This document shows, in pieces, positions 49,801 through 63,194 of a DNA stretch of 64,000 bases. Below the pieces are notes generated by a model. The model had not been told where the DNA came from and did not search any database. It worked only from the letters and a program-made list of their open reading frames with translations. The stretch's first letter is position 1, and every line of letters starts with the position of its first letter. The stretch comes from Catajapyx aquilonaris (taxonomy: Eukaryota), in assembly GCA_000934665.2 (NCBI GenBank), contig JYFJ02000451.1, positions 62,001 through 126,000 of the forward strand, written 5' to 3'. The translations under genes and the position numbers were made by a program.

Positions 49801-51410
49801 AAAAATTAATTATTCAAATTATTGGGACTTGGCTGGGGACAGAGCAATTTCAGCAAGAGTGGGTGAAAAGCCTGTGCCTACATTTTATATTGATTTTAAA
49901 TGCGTTCGTGCCTCAGACTGTGGTCCCCCCAAGCCTCCATCTTCATAACATTTTTTCCTCCCCATTTTAACTCCATTCCGTTTCTCCCCTGCACATTATA
50001 GGGAGTGTTTACATTGATCCCTCCGCAGCCATGACTTAAGGAGTAACCCACTCTGGACTCAGTCGTACATTTTTATATCCACATTGTGTGGTGTTATGTA
50101 ATTACGTTATTCAACATCTCTTGTGCATAAACAAAAAAAAAGAGTGATATATGCTTCATTGGAATATGTTGTCAATAAAATTTTAAAAGTTCTGTAATTA
50201 CTTTGGTGTGAAAGTCAGCATTTTTTGGCCTTGCTTTTTAAAACTAATTATATGGCATGCACATGTATGGAAGCAAGAGTGACATGACATTTGCAATCGA
50301 GTCATGAAGGTAAGGAGATTACTTATGACATTGAAAATGCCTTTTAAAAATGAAGGTTGTGGGAATTGGACTGCAACTAAGTATTGTACCAGTTAGGAGC
50401 ACATGGATCTTCATACGACCTTGATCCAAATTCTGGGAATTCAAACGATAGAGGAAATGGTTCAATTTTGTCTTCATCCTATTATTGTTGATCAAACTGA
50501 AAACGGGGAATTTTGTATGCCCTTTTTCATTGAGGCCTTGTGAAGACAAGTTTTTTTCTTTCTTTCCCATGTTTTTTTGTGAAGTGAACGGTATGCAGTA
50601 TGGAATGATGCGTGGCCACATTTTTTTTCTATCCCTCGGGGTAAAGTGCGTCACAAAGCTGAAGAATACAAAATCAAACTGGTTGAATCCATGCCCATAT
50701 GCGGATTGCCTGCATGGCGACAGGTTCGTTGACGAGTTGTCTGGTGGCCCCGAAAGTGATGCACTTCAGCTCTCATTAACAAGCTTGCGTACAAGTATTT
50801 TCTTCGTGACCTTGCAGAGTTTAACATGTTCCTAACATGCAACATTTTTTGTCTCCTTTCCACAGGTAATTTTTCTATGTGATTTAATTCAAAGCTGGGT
50901 CTGGAAATAAAAGGCTGACCTTAGTGAGCCAGTTATAGTTCTTCCAATGGGGGTTTACCAAAAAAATTAGTGATTGTTTGCATACTAGTGGAAGGAGATA
51001 AGTGGTTGGGGAAATCCAGCATGCAAAAAAGGCACACATGGATGACGTATCCTGCAAGGCTTCTTCTTTTCTTTTTCTTTTTTTTTTGTGGCCACGTGAT
51101 ATAATAGACCTGGAGAGTGGGCTGTTAACAGAAGATCTTCACCCAGCCTCCTAACCAAGTCATGATAAGGTGAGTGGAATTTACATGTTCATGTGGTCGT
51201 TTTGCTTAGGAATTATTCTCACATATTCGGCATAAACCCGTTTTAGATGCTGTTATTGATTTGTAAGTGTGTTGATGTGGTAATAAGTATGCGGTGGTCA
51301 TGCTGGACAAGTGCATTGACCTGCCCTTGACCAAACCAGTTCCTAGTTGCAGTAACACTTGGAATATGTTCTAAGTGCAAGTATTGCATTGGCTTTTATT
51401 CTGACACAGA

Positions 51411-54400
51411 ATGTGGGCTTGGCTGGCTTCGTCGCTGCTTGTGATTGCCTTCACGGACTGTCAGTCTGATAAGATCTACTTTGAAGACAATCCGTTTCTG
51501 GCTCAGCGGATCTCACTGAAGCTCACGACTCCTCCTCCTGATGATGACACAACTGAACCTGTGACATTCAGACTGGGATTGATTGGACCTGCAGTGGGCT
51601 TGCCTGCTGTTCCAGGCCTACCAGAGCATGTGAGCGAGGAGTTTGTGCACACCACTGAAGCGCCTCATAAACCACCTCATCCTCCTCCGCCGCCACCACC
51701 ACCTCCTGAGCCGACGTTCAAGCCACAATCAATCTACCAAAGCACTTATCCTCCACCAACTTATCCACCTAAAGAAGATTCGAATGAGGAATGCAAGTGC
51801 ACAAGTGACTGCAATCCAAAGAATGTAGATGGCACAGGATTAATCAACATTCGCATTGTTGTTGAGGTACGTTCACCACAGAACTGTTACATTTCACCAG
51901 AATTACTCGTATTAGGTATAATGGATTGACAATACTTCTTGATACACTAATATCACTGATAAAAGCTCATTACTATTGTGGGCAAAACGATGAAATGGGA
52001 ATGGGTCAGAAGTTCCAACAAGTTCACTGTCAAACGAGTGGTGCCTTTACTCCCAACACTATTGTACATGTATCATCAGTTCAAAAAGAACTGTCCCAGT
52101 CATCCTGACGCGTGGGCTGGCCGCTCGACACACACAATGTAAGTTACATGGTGTGTGTCGAGCAGGCAGCACACACATCAGGATGACTGGGACAATTCTT
52201 TTTGAACTGATGATACAACAGAGCATGTTCACATTACGAAGTCCACTACTGTATTCTCATGCTGGAGTAGAGCTACTTTAGGTCAGGTTGGAATTCTAAT
52301 GAACTCATTTGAGCTTCTGAACCAGGCCATCTTCATCTTTTTGTCTGCTACAGTGCCTGCTGCCAGTTGAAGGTAATTTTGGGCAATAATGTGCCAGCAA
52401 ATATTGCAATAGATAGGTGAATTGTTATCCATGAGGATTAATCCGCTAGATGAATTGTTACTTTTGTTAGCCATGAGGACCATTAAACCGCTGGGTGAAT
52501 GATTAGCCATGAGGAGGATTAATTCGCTAGGTGAATAATTATTCTCCACTAGTAGCGGATCCATGTGTGTGAAAAGGGTATGAAACACTCAATTAGAACC
52601 AAGCTGCACATTGAGGGAACCAGTTGCTTTGTAAGTTTGTGGGATAACTTGAACAGCAACATGCTAGCGTCACTGCTGAAATAGCAGGTACAGTCAATGA
52701 ATTTCATGTTTCATGTGTGTATTATTCTTTCAGCATCCACCTGGCGTGGTATGTGGTCATAAAGAAGTGTACTGCTGCTTTGAAAGTGAGCCATCAACCT
52801 ATAAACCATTTGTCAAGCCAAGTAAAGATGACGGCTGTGGAAGGTACAATCTAATCCCAGTAGGAAATGTTCCTGTCAACTATGGCCAGGTAAAGAGTTA
52901 ATTTAATACATGAGTACAGAGTACTTTTTATACACTACCATAACTGGATGATAACTCAAGTCCTGTCAATCATCCTGTGCAGGGGACTCCTGGCTAATCT
53001 GCTCTTCCCTGTGCGCTACTACTGACCATACAGCATTGGACAGATCACAAAAGTCAAAGCTAAAAAACTGTTAGGGGGAGTCTGAATATCATTGACGTGA
53101 TTGACAGGCCTAGATAAATTGTGTAGCTACTGTAGAGCAAGTAATTTTATACGTGACTTAAATTTCATACGCAAATCAATAATTTTATGTATGTAGCTAT
53201 ATAGCAATTACGAAGTATCAAGATTAAGTTAGTTTTTGCCTACATTAGGCAACAGTATGCATTAACATTAATGGAACTCATTTACTTGTAGGCTCAGTTT
53301 GGCGAATTCCCATGGATGGCCATTCTGCTTAATCAGAACAGCACTTATGTTGGTCTGGGTGTCTTGATTGACCCTCTCCACGTCTTGACAGTTGCCCACA
53401 AAGTTGCAAGCAAGCTACCGACTACTGTCAGACTCGGTGATTGGAAAGTAGCGGATTATGTGGAACCGTATCAATATGTGGAAGTGGGTATTAAGTGGGT
53501 CCGGATCCATCCAGAGTTCAACTCAGGAAACCTCCACAATGACGTCGCCATTATTAGGCTGGAATATCCAGTTGAATTAGCTCAGTACCCGCACATCAAC
53601 ACTGCCTGCCTCCCGCAACATGGTGTCCACCTGGAGGACAAGCGACGATGCCTTGTTTCAGGTTGGGGACAAGACAACTTTGGGCCCAAAGGGGAGTACC
53701 AGCAAGTGCTGAAGAGGGTGGACTTGCCTCTTGTTGGTGGAGACGAATGCGAGCAGAGATTGAGGAGAACCAGGTTGGGAGAGTATTTCAAGCTAGATCA
53801 GTTCAGCTTCTTGTGTGCTGGAGGAGAGCAGGGTAAAGATGCCTGCACTGTGAGTATACATGTTTTCACCTAAAATGCGGAATACGTTGGTTCCTTGGCT
53901 GTAAAATATAATTTTGCAACACATTTTATTACATTGAGAGTATATCACGTCTAGTCGAGCAAAAAGAAATGGCATGGTAGCCAATAAGTTACTTCCTGAA
54001 AGCTTACTGCTTTTTGATGTGGACATGGCAGCCACAGGACCGTTAAAATTTTTCAGTTAATTGCTTGAGTCAGTACAGTACATGTTTTTACAATTTTACT
54101 CTCCTTTGACAGTAAATTATTATGATTAGGGAAGAGAGACCATGACGCAAGCAAATGTCTCTCTAGCGTCCCTGAACCTATTGTAGTTCAGTAACATTCA
54201 CGCAATTTGCAAAGTGAACGTGCTTCTCAATTATTATTGTTTGATTTATTTAGGGAGATGGTGGTGCTCCTCTGGTGTGCATGGAGAAGGGTCGGCAAAC
54301 AGTGATGGGACTTGTGGCCTGGGGGATTGGATGTGCTGACCAGGGACACCCAGGGGTTTATCTTCATGTCTCGAACTTCATCCCATGGATACAAGATCAG

Positions 54401-54412
54401 ATTCATTCATGA
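51411..54412 (+). CDS. Secreted clip-domain serine protease homolog (masquerade/PPAF-II-like, non-catalytic), ~442 aa
   Basis: Signal-peptide-like MWAWLASSLLVIAFTDC, Pro-rich linker, clip cysteines CKC...C...C...CC, AQFGEFPWMA, TVAH, DVAII, and GKDACTGDGG with catalytic Ser replaced by Gly. Exons 51411-51866, 52734-52889, 53292-53849, 54254-54412 (1329 nt). Confidence 0.92.
52069..52217. mobile_element. Hairpin MITE (~145 bp) in clip-SPH intron 1
   Basis: TGTATCATCAGTTCAAAAAGAACTGTCCCAGTCATCCTGA pairs with TCAGGATGACTGGGACAATTCTTTTTGAACTGATGATACA; inner pair GCTCGACACACAC/GTGTGTGTCGAGC. TA at 52071-72 and 52214-15 may be the TSD. Confidence 0.8.
52412..52541. repeat. Degenerate ~35-bp tandem repeat x3
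   Basis: Recurring CCATGAGGA..ATTAA..CGCTRGRTGAAT units at about 52429, 52471 and 52507. Confidence 0.7.
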
Positions 54413-54660
54413 GAGAAATGCTCATGCCGATTTCCATTAAAATATTTTTCAAAGCTCGCATGTACCTGCTCATGTATGAATACAGCTTCCAACATGAATA
54501 TCTTTATAATGATCTTTATTGTCCAGTTGTTTTATTTGATGCAGTGGAATGCACCTAGAAATATTGAAAATGTTCTCAAATGTTTGGAATATTTTGTGGT
54601 CACTGATATGAGGCATAATAATGACGGTAAGAGAAGAAACGTGGACTCTTCCAGAGAGTA

Positions 54661-54802
54661 CTATCGGGTTCAAATACTTTTGGCCACTTTATCCTGGTCT
54701 TCAAGGAACCCGTCACACACACTCACCTCCTTAACGTGGGGTCTGTGCAAAGGGTTGCTTCAAGACCATGATAAAGTGGCCAAAAGTATTTGAACCCGAT
54801 AG
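54661..54802. mobile_element. Tc1/mariner-type MITE, 142 bp, TA TSD
   Basis: Perfect 33-bp TIR CTATCGGGTTCAAATACTTTTGGCCACTTTATC / GATAAAGTGGCCAAAAGTATTTGAACCCGATAG, with TA at 54659-60 and 54803-04. Confidence 0.88.
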
Positions 54803-57800
54803 TACATTCTGTTTATTAGTATAAATAAGAACGAAAACTCAAAAAAAATCAATTTTAATTTTATGACTCAAAACCTGTTTTCATAAAAGGCGCTTTTAAA
54901 TAGTTGACAGAAATGACGGGGAGAAGCAGCACTGGGTCTTTGAGTAGCGTGCTTTACCACTAGATGCCTTCCTCTCCTCATATACCACCCAACTTGCAAT
55001 TATTATTCGCCTTTCAGCCATTATTGCGAATTGTCTACAATGTAAAACACTACTGGTAAAAGTTATCTAATTCTATCTCAAAATATTACATCCTGTGAGA
55101 CATATCTATTTCCAAAAGAAATCGCTGACTTTCATATGCCTCAATTAAACCTGGCTAGCTATACTGCCATGATTGATACATGACATAACCAAATTCATGC
55201 ACGTACTGACATTACAAAAGTGCGACAGTTTTTTTGCAGTAATTATTGAGACCTTTATTATACCTGTCCGCTTTATTTGCAAAATGTCTGATGGTCTCCG
55301 GACCCCTGATGTTTAGCAATTTATGGCATGTTCTCTCTCACCCCTTCGCGAATTTCTTTGTGGCCATTTAGACCTCGTTACAGGCTATACCTGTAGTAAA
55401 TGGCATAAATCTTCGGTAAGTTACAGTAGCTCCAACCGATAATGGTAATAATGCGGATTTTTACAGCATCGATAAAGCACCATCGTTATCGTTTGATTTG
55501 CGACATTCCTGTTTAGAAATTGAAAGTATATTGAACTAATTGAGCCCGCACCTGATACAAACCGTCTGGTTAGAATGTTGACAGCATTTTCAATTAAACT
55601 TTTAAGTACCGGTACCGGTACCCCCGCAATTTTTTTCCGAACAGTCCACGTGCGGACTTACGTCCTTTCAGCTCGTAAAATAAAATCGCTATGACTGTGA
55701 AAATGCAAATCCGATTTCTAATCGGGTCTAAACCCGTTTCTCGTCTAATTAACAGATACTAAAGAGCAGTGAACTCTCCCTGGAGCTGGCTATAAGTATA
55801 TGATATAATTTTGATGACATACACAGTAGGATTAGTATTAATCCCTCGGGTTTCACTTGAGCAGGAAGTAAGAGTCGTCATTAATGTCCTGGATTGTTAA
55901 ATGAAAGGGTTTTGCAAGGAAGACTGTTTTGTGGTGTCAGATTCTGATCAATCGTGCTCTGGTTTTAAACAATAAAAAAAATATAGGAATCTGGAAGGAA
56001 ATCTATTAGATCAAGTGACAAGTGCAATGACACCAATTGTTATTGGACATATTAATTTTTATGGCTGAATATTGTTTACTCATCATCTGCAACTGAATAC
56101 ACACCATATAAAATAATGTGCAATGAACACATTCACTTAGAGCCAACGCAAAAGTATAACCGGACATTTCCCTATTGTGCGTTTAACCAATTTGCCCTCT
56201 CAATGAAATGAGTAAATCCGGACAGATAATGGAGCTTACTTACTCCTTATGTGGGAGACAAAATTGATGATGAAGAAACGAGGCTGCTTGGCAAGTCAGG
56301 AAGACCAAATCTGAGAATCTAAACAAAAGTTTTAAACCCTATTTTAGCAGACTAGGCCAGCTTTCCTGGTGATAGTTGACTAGAAAGCTACCTTTTAATA
56401 GTCTGTTATGGGATCAGAGTATGGCATTTCAATTAATGCTGCAACACATTAGGGGGGGGGGGGGACTCCAAACAAATTCCAGTTATCAGTTCATTTGCAT
56501 AGTATCAGTTTTATGAGCAAACTGGCTGGGTCGGATTAGAAACTGACTCGAATTTCCTGTTCCTATGTGTGAGTTACTTTTGCACTCCATTTTGGCTGCT
56601 TACTCAATAATTGGTAGTAATATAACTATAGCCTTTCTGACGTGTAACAAGTTCTAGCCTTTCTGACATGTAGCACGTTCTAGAATTCATATATTAGTTT
56701 GAGCATTCAGATATTATTTAATACGTATATTATGGCAATTGGCTGAAAATGTAAAAATAGTTTAGATTGGATTATGGGATTATTTTATATTGAGAATTTC
56801 GCTAATAATGGGATTTGGCCATCACTTCCAGTAATTATGCTTAACTCGATTGGTATTTTATTGTGTGCATTTCAGTTCCTGGTGATTATTATTTATACAA
56901 ACTTAACCACGAGTTGAAATAATCGCACGAGATTAATTTCTATTCCATCTCTTGATTCATAGGTGTTTGTGATGAGAAAGTTATTGCTTGTTTACACAAT
57001 GTCTTGGATCCGAAACGTGAAGCTGAACTGCTCATAAACAGATATTGAGACCAGTTTTTTTTGTTGAATATCTGCAAATCGGGTAAAAACTAGTGCCGGT
57101 CCTGCTCTACGTGCAGCAGTTCCATCCGCTTCTGCAATAATTATTCCATTCTGCTGAAAGAAACGAAATTGACACTAAAGCTTAGGCACACAGTGTAAAT
57201 CTCCAGACAAAACCTGTCTCAATAGCAAATGACCTTGGACAAAACAAGTTCATCCTGCTGCTGCGATGGAACTTTTTTCACTCTTTTCTCTCTCCTTTTT
57301 CTCTGTTGAGACTACTCGCTTGCCGCCTCTCATAGGCCCGGATAATTGATAGACATATAACTATTGTCCTCTCTGAAGTTATGCACCAGCCGCTGCAAGG
57401 TAATTATTTAATTGGCTTATCACAGTAAGTGCATAGGCCTCATTAATCTGCCCGGAATTGCATATCGCATTGCATTTGTAATACTGCAATGGAAAAGCAA
57501 TTGTCAAATTGTTGTCATTGCATTTAAACAATTTAACAATTATGTGATTGCAATGTGAACTTTATTGGTTTACTATGTACTATGACAATGTAATATCTGC
57601 TCTATTGTATACAATAGGCAGCACTTTTAAATTTTCAGCATGGATCCAACTTTATTCGAGGAAACAATTTGAAGAAAAGCAACAATGAGGTCCAGTATCT
57701 GTACATATCCGACCTCATTATTTGAGTCAACCGCAGCAGTCCCGTTTTATTTCTTTTGCTGATGTTCCAGTTCTTCCTGTCTCAGCAGCATCCCTCGCCT

Positions 57801-60800
57801 GCTTTGGAAATTTTGTGTAAGCTGCAGTACCAGGGCTTTTTAAAAAAAGTACTGGAGTTACATGTTGCCAGAGTAAAAGTCCGGAAGGTGGAGTATAATA
57901 CGTGGGAGATGCATAAAATGCGATAGGCAGCCGTCTACTAGCTGCTGGGTAGATGAAAGTTTCAATCGTAAAAGTAGCAACTGGAGTACTTCCTGAAATG
58001 ACAGTCGAAGGTCCCCGTCGGGTCACCTCAGCCTCTATAAGTATGGGGGGAAAGGACACTAACTCCTGTTTACGTAAATTTGGTTCTCTGTGCTAAGACG
58101 TGTGAGATTCTGTGTGTCTTATTTGGTTACCGGCATCCAGCAGATATCTTCAAGTGTTGTGTTTGTTTACTGCTGTAGGTATAAGGTGAGTTGTGGTCAT
58201 CATTTTTGTCCACTGTAATGGCATGTATGGTTTGCTATACGTACTTCTATTCAAATTATAGTGATGCTTAATGTCAATGTTAATGTCATGTGGTGGCTAA
58301 TATTTTTGCAATTATGTGTACTGCATAAAATATTATTAGAGAGGCTAAGCATTAATAGTGCTCATAAACAAAAAAAATATGCCAATATCGTGTATAAGTT
58401 GATGAAAGAACTGAATAATTTTTTGACACAATTTTTGTTACAAATACCAATTGACATATTGTAGGCTGTAGTATGCGGTGGCGTGTGGGCGTATAGGATA
58501 ATAGCATTATTATCGTAGGTATTATTTGGTACATCTCAGTATAACGGTTTAGTTCAAAATATTCTGTATGTTACAGATTAGGATATTACGTTGGACCGCT
58601 CACATTCCTGCTAATGGAAGACAGTTATCTTTCTTGGTGCACGACGGTCAGTATTTGTGTCACGTCTCATTGTCCCTTCCGCTACGATATATATTTTTTT
58701 TGCACCGGCTATAAAATTTGTAATGACCCCATGGTGACAACTGCGCTGAAAAGCGACAGTTTCTTGAAGAACCTGTATCCGGACAGGTGTTGAGTGCTAT
58801 TTTCTCCATACTTATCTGATGATTGTGATCATTCATTAAGATGTCTGTGATAATCTTTCTCTAACATTTGACAATATAAAAAGTTCAATAATTATATCAT
58901 CAAAATATCATTGCTTCTTGATGAATTCCGCATCTCTCTGAGACCACCAGGTTCACAGCATCCAGGTGGGCTTGATTCTTCAGTTTTACTTCTGTCAACG
59001 AAAAGTCAACACCTGCTACTGTGCTTGTGCAGCGTCCTCTGTCACCTGTCGCGAATTACGCCACCATAAAGTTTTTACGTCTCTTCTTATCTGGTGCAGG
59101 TCTTGTTCAGTTCCTTAATGGAAGAATACATCTGTCATCAATTGCGTGACTTATTTGTCCGTATTTGATATAATGGCCCGTAATTTATGAAAGTGGACTA
59201 TTTATAAGAATTCCTGACACACATAGTTTATTAATAATTAATACAGAAACAAGATCTGGCGAACACCTGTATAGGTAGATACCAAGGTAGATACTGAATA
59301 AATGGTCTGAAATAACAATTTTCAACTAATTAACACTTAATAAGTACATGTTTCAAATAAGAGAATAACATCACATTTAATAATCATCGTTATCATGAAA
59401 ATGTGCCTTCGTGATACCTTGATATTAAAGTGCGATTGTGCTCTAATTTTGTCAGCATGGCTTGATACACTGGTACGACAAAAGTACGTAACTCGATACA
59501 ATATTTACGTACGCATGTCAATTCAACTTGCCAACCCACGTTTCGTGAATGTGCTCCCAGACATTTACCCCCAACATTAATGTCACAATTTTGCAAGCCC
59601 TCGCCCATAACTATTGAATGCCACGTGCGTTGTGTTATCTTACTTGTGTACATTACCCTCTTAATCGATATGAAATTGCCATTGTTATACCCTAGGCCTT
59701 GTGCGTCTGTTTGAACAGTACAGGGTTGGGCCTCGACGGTGCAGTTCAATAAAGTGAAGTATAAATGAGAATGGTATTGTGCTAGCACTTGTGCCTGATT
59801 GGATATGGTGTACTTATGGGTATGAAAAATCCTCACTGAATAATCTGACAAGAGTATTGCCCAACAACTTATTGCCACCATGTAAAAATGCAGTCAGAAA
59901 TTTTGCCAAATATTGACACCAAAGACGCCAAATAATTTAGAGACTTCCGACATTAAAATATCTCTATCAATTACCTTCCTGCGTCCCTGATCCATCTGTA
60001 CGATTCATATGCAAATAATCTGCATTGCTAATATGAATCAAGTTTTTGCACATCGCTGCTGCTGCTGCTGACAAGAGACTGTTACGGGACTCCTAATGGC
60101 AGTTTTATAGAGGAAGGACACTAGCTTCATTAGCGACGCAGTAAATAGACTCTCGCTCAGATAATTAACTTCATTTATTTTATTAGCCATAAAATGTAAA
60201 AACAGCATATGCTACCAAGAGGCATTTGCACGGCTCACTGCCATCCTCAAAGTGTCACTAATTGAACCCTCGGACCTCCCTTGGACAACTGACCTACAAG
60301 CCAGTACAGCTCAGATTGCTCTTCACTAAGGTCAATCAGCTTCTTCGGAAGTTTCCCACGATTAGGAACAAACAGAGTTGTCCCGAGAATAAGTGGAAGG
60401 CGTTGCGAATGAGGTAGCAGCCTCGTTTAGCCGTCACTTTGGTTTTATTGCTGAAAAAGCAATCAGCTTTTGTCAACTTGTCGTCATCAGTTTATACCCC
60501 TGGTCATCGCAGGGCTGTAGGACAAACCCTCCGGGTTATATACAGTATACCCATGGATTGGACCGAAGGCCGGCGAAACATAAGCCCCCTCCATTTTACA
60601 AGGCCTATAAAGTCATATACCATCCGTCTGTTGGTGCAGCATGGGAAAAGACCGACTCCAGGATTTGACCCGAGCCTTTTCGTTTAGTTCCGCCCGTCCC
60701 ATTGTCTCGCTTGTTGTCACCACTTCCCGGGGTGAAAATACCCCATGACGACAGGGTTCGCCCCATGCTTCTGCCCATTGCTCAACGGGACATCTTCTTT

Positions 60801-62791
60801 TTCCAGAACCGGCACTGCTGGACAGAGAAGGTACCACACCACCACTTGTACAAAATTAATTTCAAATTATATTTAACATATTTAACCGCATATATTAACT
60901 CTGAAGACAATGAGTAATGTTGTAGTTGCACTCCAAAATATGGTATAATTTACTGTGGTTGTATACAGTAGAAGGTTACGATTGAAAGAACTGCTAATGA
61001 GAATGGCATGGGTTGTCATTTACAGAAAGGGAATGGGATTGCTTTATGATGCAATTGAAGGGCTGTGAGCGAGAAAGGTAATTCTGAAATAGAATGGATT
61101 TGTGTCCGTATATACCTATATACGCAGATCATCGTGTCAATAAGTTATGTAAAGAGAACTGTCAGTGGCGCCCTTTCAAAATATAAAAATTGAAACACGA
61201 AATGCCTTTTTATCCCTGGAAAATCAGCCTCGACAGTGGATAAGTGAATGGCTTAACTTGAGCTAATGCTAATCCTGCATGTAAGGTCATACATGGTCCA
61301 AAACTGACCGAGCAGCAGGATTTGTGTAGAGATTATCAGATTAGTATTATCAGTCCCTTTAGCCGAAGTTTAGAGTTTAGAAGAATCAATCAAGTATACG
61401 ACCAAGATTTATCAAATTTAAAGTTAAGATTACTTCGACAATAATTTCATGGTAAATATAGACTTATAAAGTTTTGAGTGAGGTGTTGTTAATCATTATT
61501 GCAGGTGCCAGACTATTTCATACGTTTATTGCATACTAAAGTGGTGTCAATCTGTGACATAATGAATGAAAATGACGATAATGAGAAATGAAGGGGGAAT
61601 GGCCCTTGCAGTGCAATAGAATGCCATTTAAGGTGGAATTGGAATGGGTCATGTTATATACACCCCCTTTATTCAACCTAGAAACTCAACTTTAAAAAAA
61701 TTGGAAAAGAATAAATTACAATGCTGGCTCAGTTAGTGTTGCACAGTGACATTGTACAAAATAAGTAATATTGCATTTTGTGTCAGTTGTTGATGGCCAC
61801 ATTGGTGTTTTGCGATCCTCCATTTACAACACTGATAGCCATCAGGTGTCTGGCCTTGATCGCTTTGTTTACTTCAGAACGTTCTGTACAATAGTTAAAC
61901 TAAAATTAGTGCGCTGCCTCTAATTAATACAAAAACCATCATTAAATTATATAGCTGTAGCAAAAACTGGCTCCCCTCCCATGGTTCCCCCGTTACCATC
62001 AAACAGAAGCAGGATTCTAGTCCAGTTCCTGCTGCTCTAATTATCCAACAGGAATGCCCCTGATGATTTCTCAAGACTCTTAATCCCCCTCTCTAATTTT
62101 ATCCATGTTTTGTTTCCCCTAATTGAAATTACCCCCCACACCTTTTCCACCCCGAAAAACCTTGATCCACTGCTTCAGGTCACATTTTTCTGTCGGCATG
62201 TCCTTCTGGTTTTACCCCAACTGAGACATGGGGGCAAACAAGCGACCTCATGACTTTCCGCTTTAAAAAGAGTCCTAAGAGAGAGCGTGACTTTGAGTCT
62301 AAAGGCAACCCATGGCCAATCTGGAAAGGTTTGGGGGTCCCCCCCCCCCTCCGAATTGCAAGTGCCCTACACTAAAATGGTCCCTTTTTGAACCCTCCAG
62401 GCATTGCTTTGAGGCAGCCGACATGTCAACCTGTTACTTTTCGAGGCACCAACCGATATATTGTCAAACATGGTGCCTGAGGATGGATTCTTTTTCTCAA
62501 GGGCTTTTCCTTCCCGTTAGGCTGGCCCCGAGCCCCGCTTTTCACTCCCCTATTTATTACTAGGGCTCTCTCCCCTTGCTGTTTTATAGTGCTATCTGAG
62601 GATATTTTCCGGTTGCCAAGGGTGAGAAACTGAGGGACGGTTTTTGAAACGTCTCAATGCAATAAAAATAAAAGTCAAGTTGTCGCATAAGTGCGGATCG
62701 GATTATCTGGCTTGTCAACGTAATTGGGTATGGGTGTAATTTAGTGACCATTTGTTACATATTAGTCATACCTATATATGTGAGCAAAAGT

Positions 62792-62892
62792 TCGTCGATG
62801 TTCGTCACAAATGTATGTCGTCGATGTTCGTCACAAATGTATGTCGTCGATGTTCGTCACAAATGTATGTCGTCGATGTTCGTCACAAATGT
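62792..62892. repeat. 26-bp perfect minisatellite, ~4 copies (GTCGTCGATGTTCGTCACAAATGTAT)
   Basis: Directly visible head-to-tail units with no spacers. Confidence 0.92.
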
Positions 62893-63166
62893 GAATCCGG
62901 ACACTTACCCAAAAGAAATTAAGAATTTAACATTGCGTGTAAGTGCGTATGGAGTAATGAGATGGGGACATTTTGACCCCTGTCATAAAACTGATTTTTG
63001 AGAAGATTTCGTGGAACATGGTCAGTTATTGCAAAATGCACGAGTTATTAATATTAGAACATCAGGCTCTCCAGGGCAATATGTCATAAATAAAAATTAA
63101 TCGCTTTACTAGAAATAACGAGAAATAAGTTATTAGTTAAAATATAATACAAGTAGAATATTATGT

Positions 63167-63194
63167 AGCAGCAGCAGCAGCAGCAGCAGCAGCA
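63167..63194. repeat. (AGC)n microsatellite, ~9 units, non-coding
   Basis: agcagcagc... run in AT-rich DNA outside any listed ORF. Confidence 0.9.

Noticed and set aside
52970..53110. Short inverted pair CCTGTCAATCA/TGATTGACAGG in clip-SPH intron 2 as a MITE
   Set aside because: Too short and degraded to define ends or a TSD.
62792..62892. 26-bp repeats as a CRISPR array
   Set aside because: Units are head-to-tail with no unique spacers, there are no cas genes, and the context is eukaryotic.
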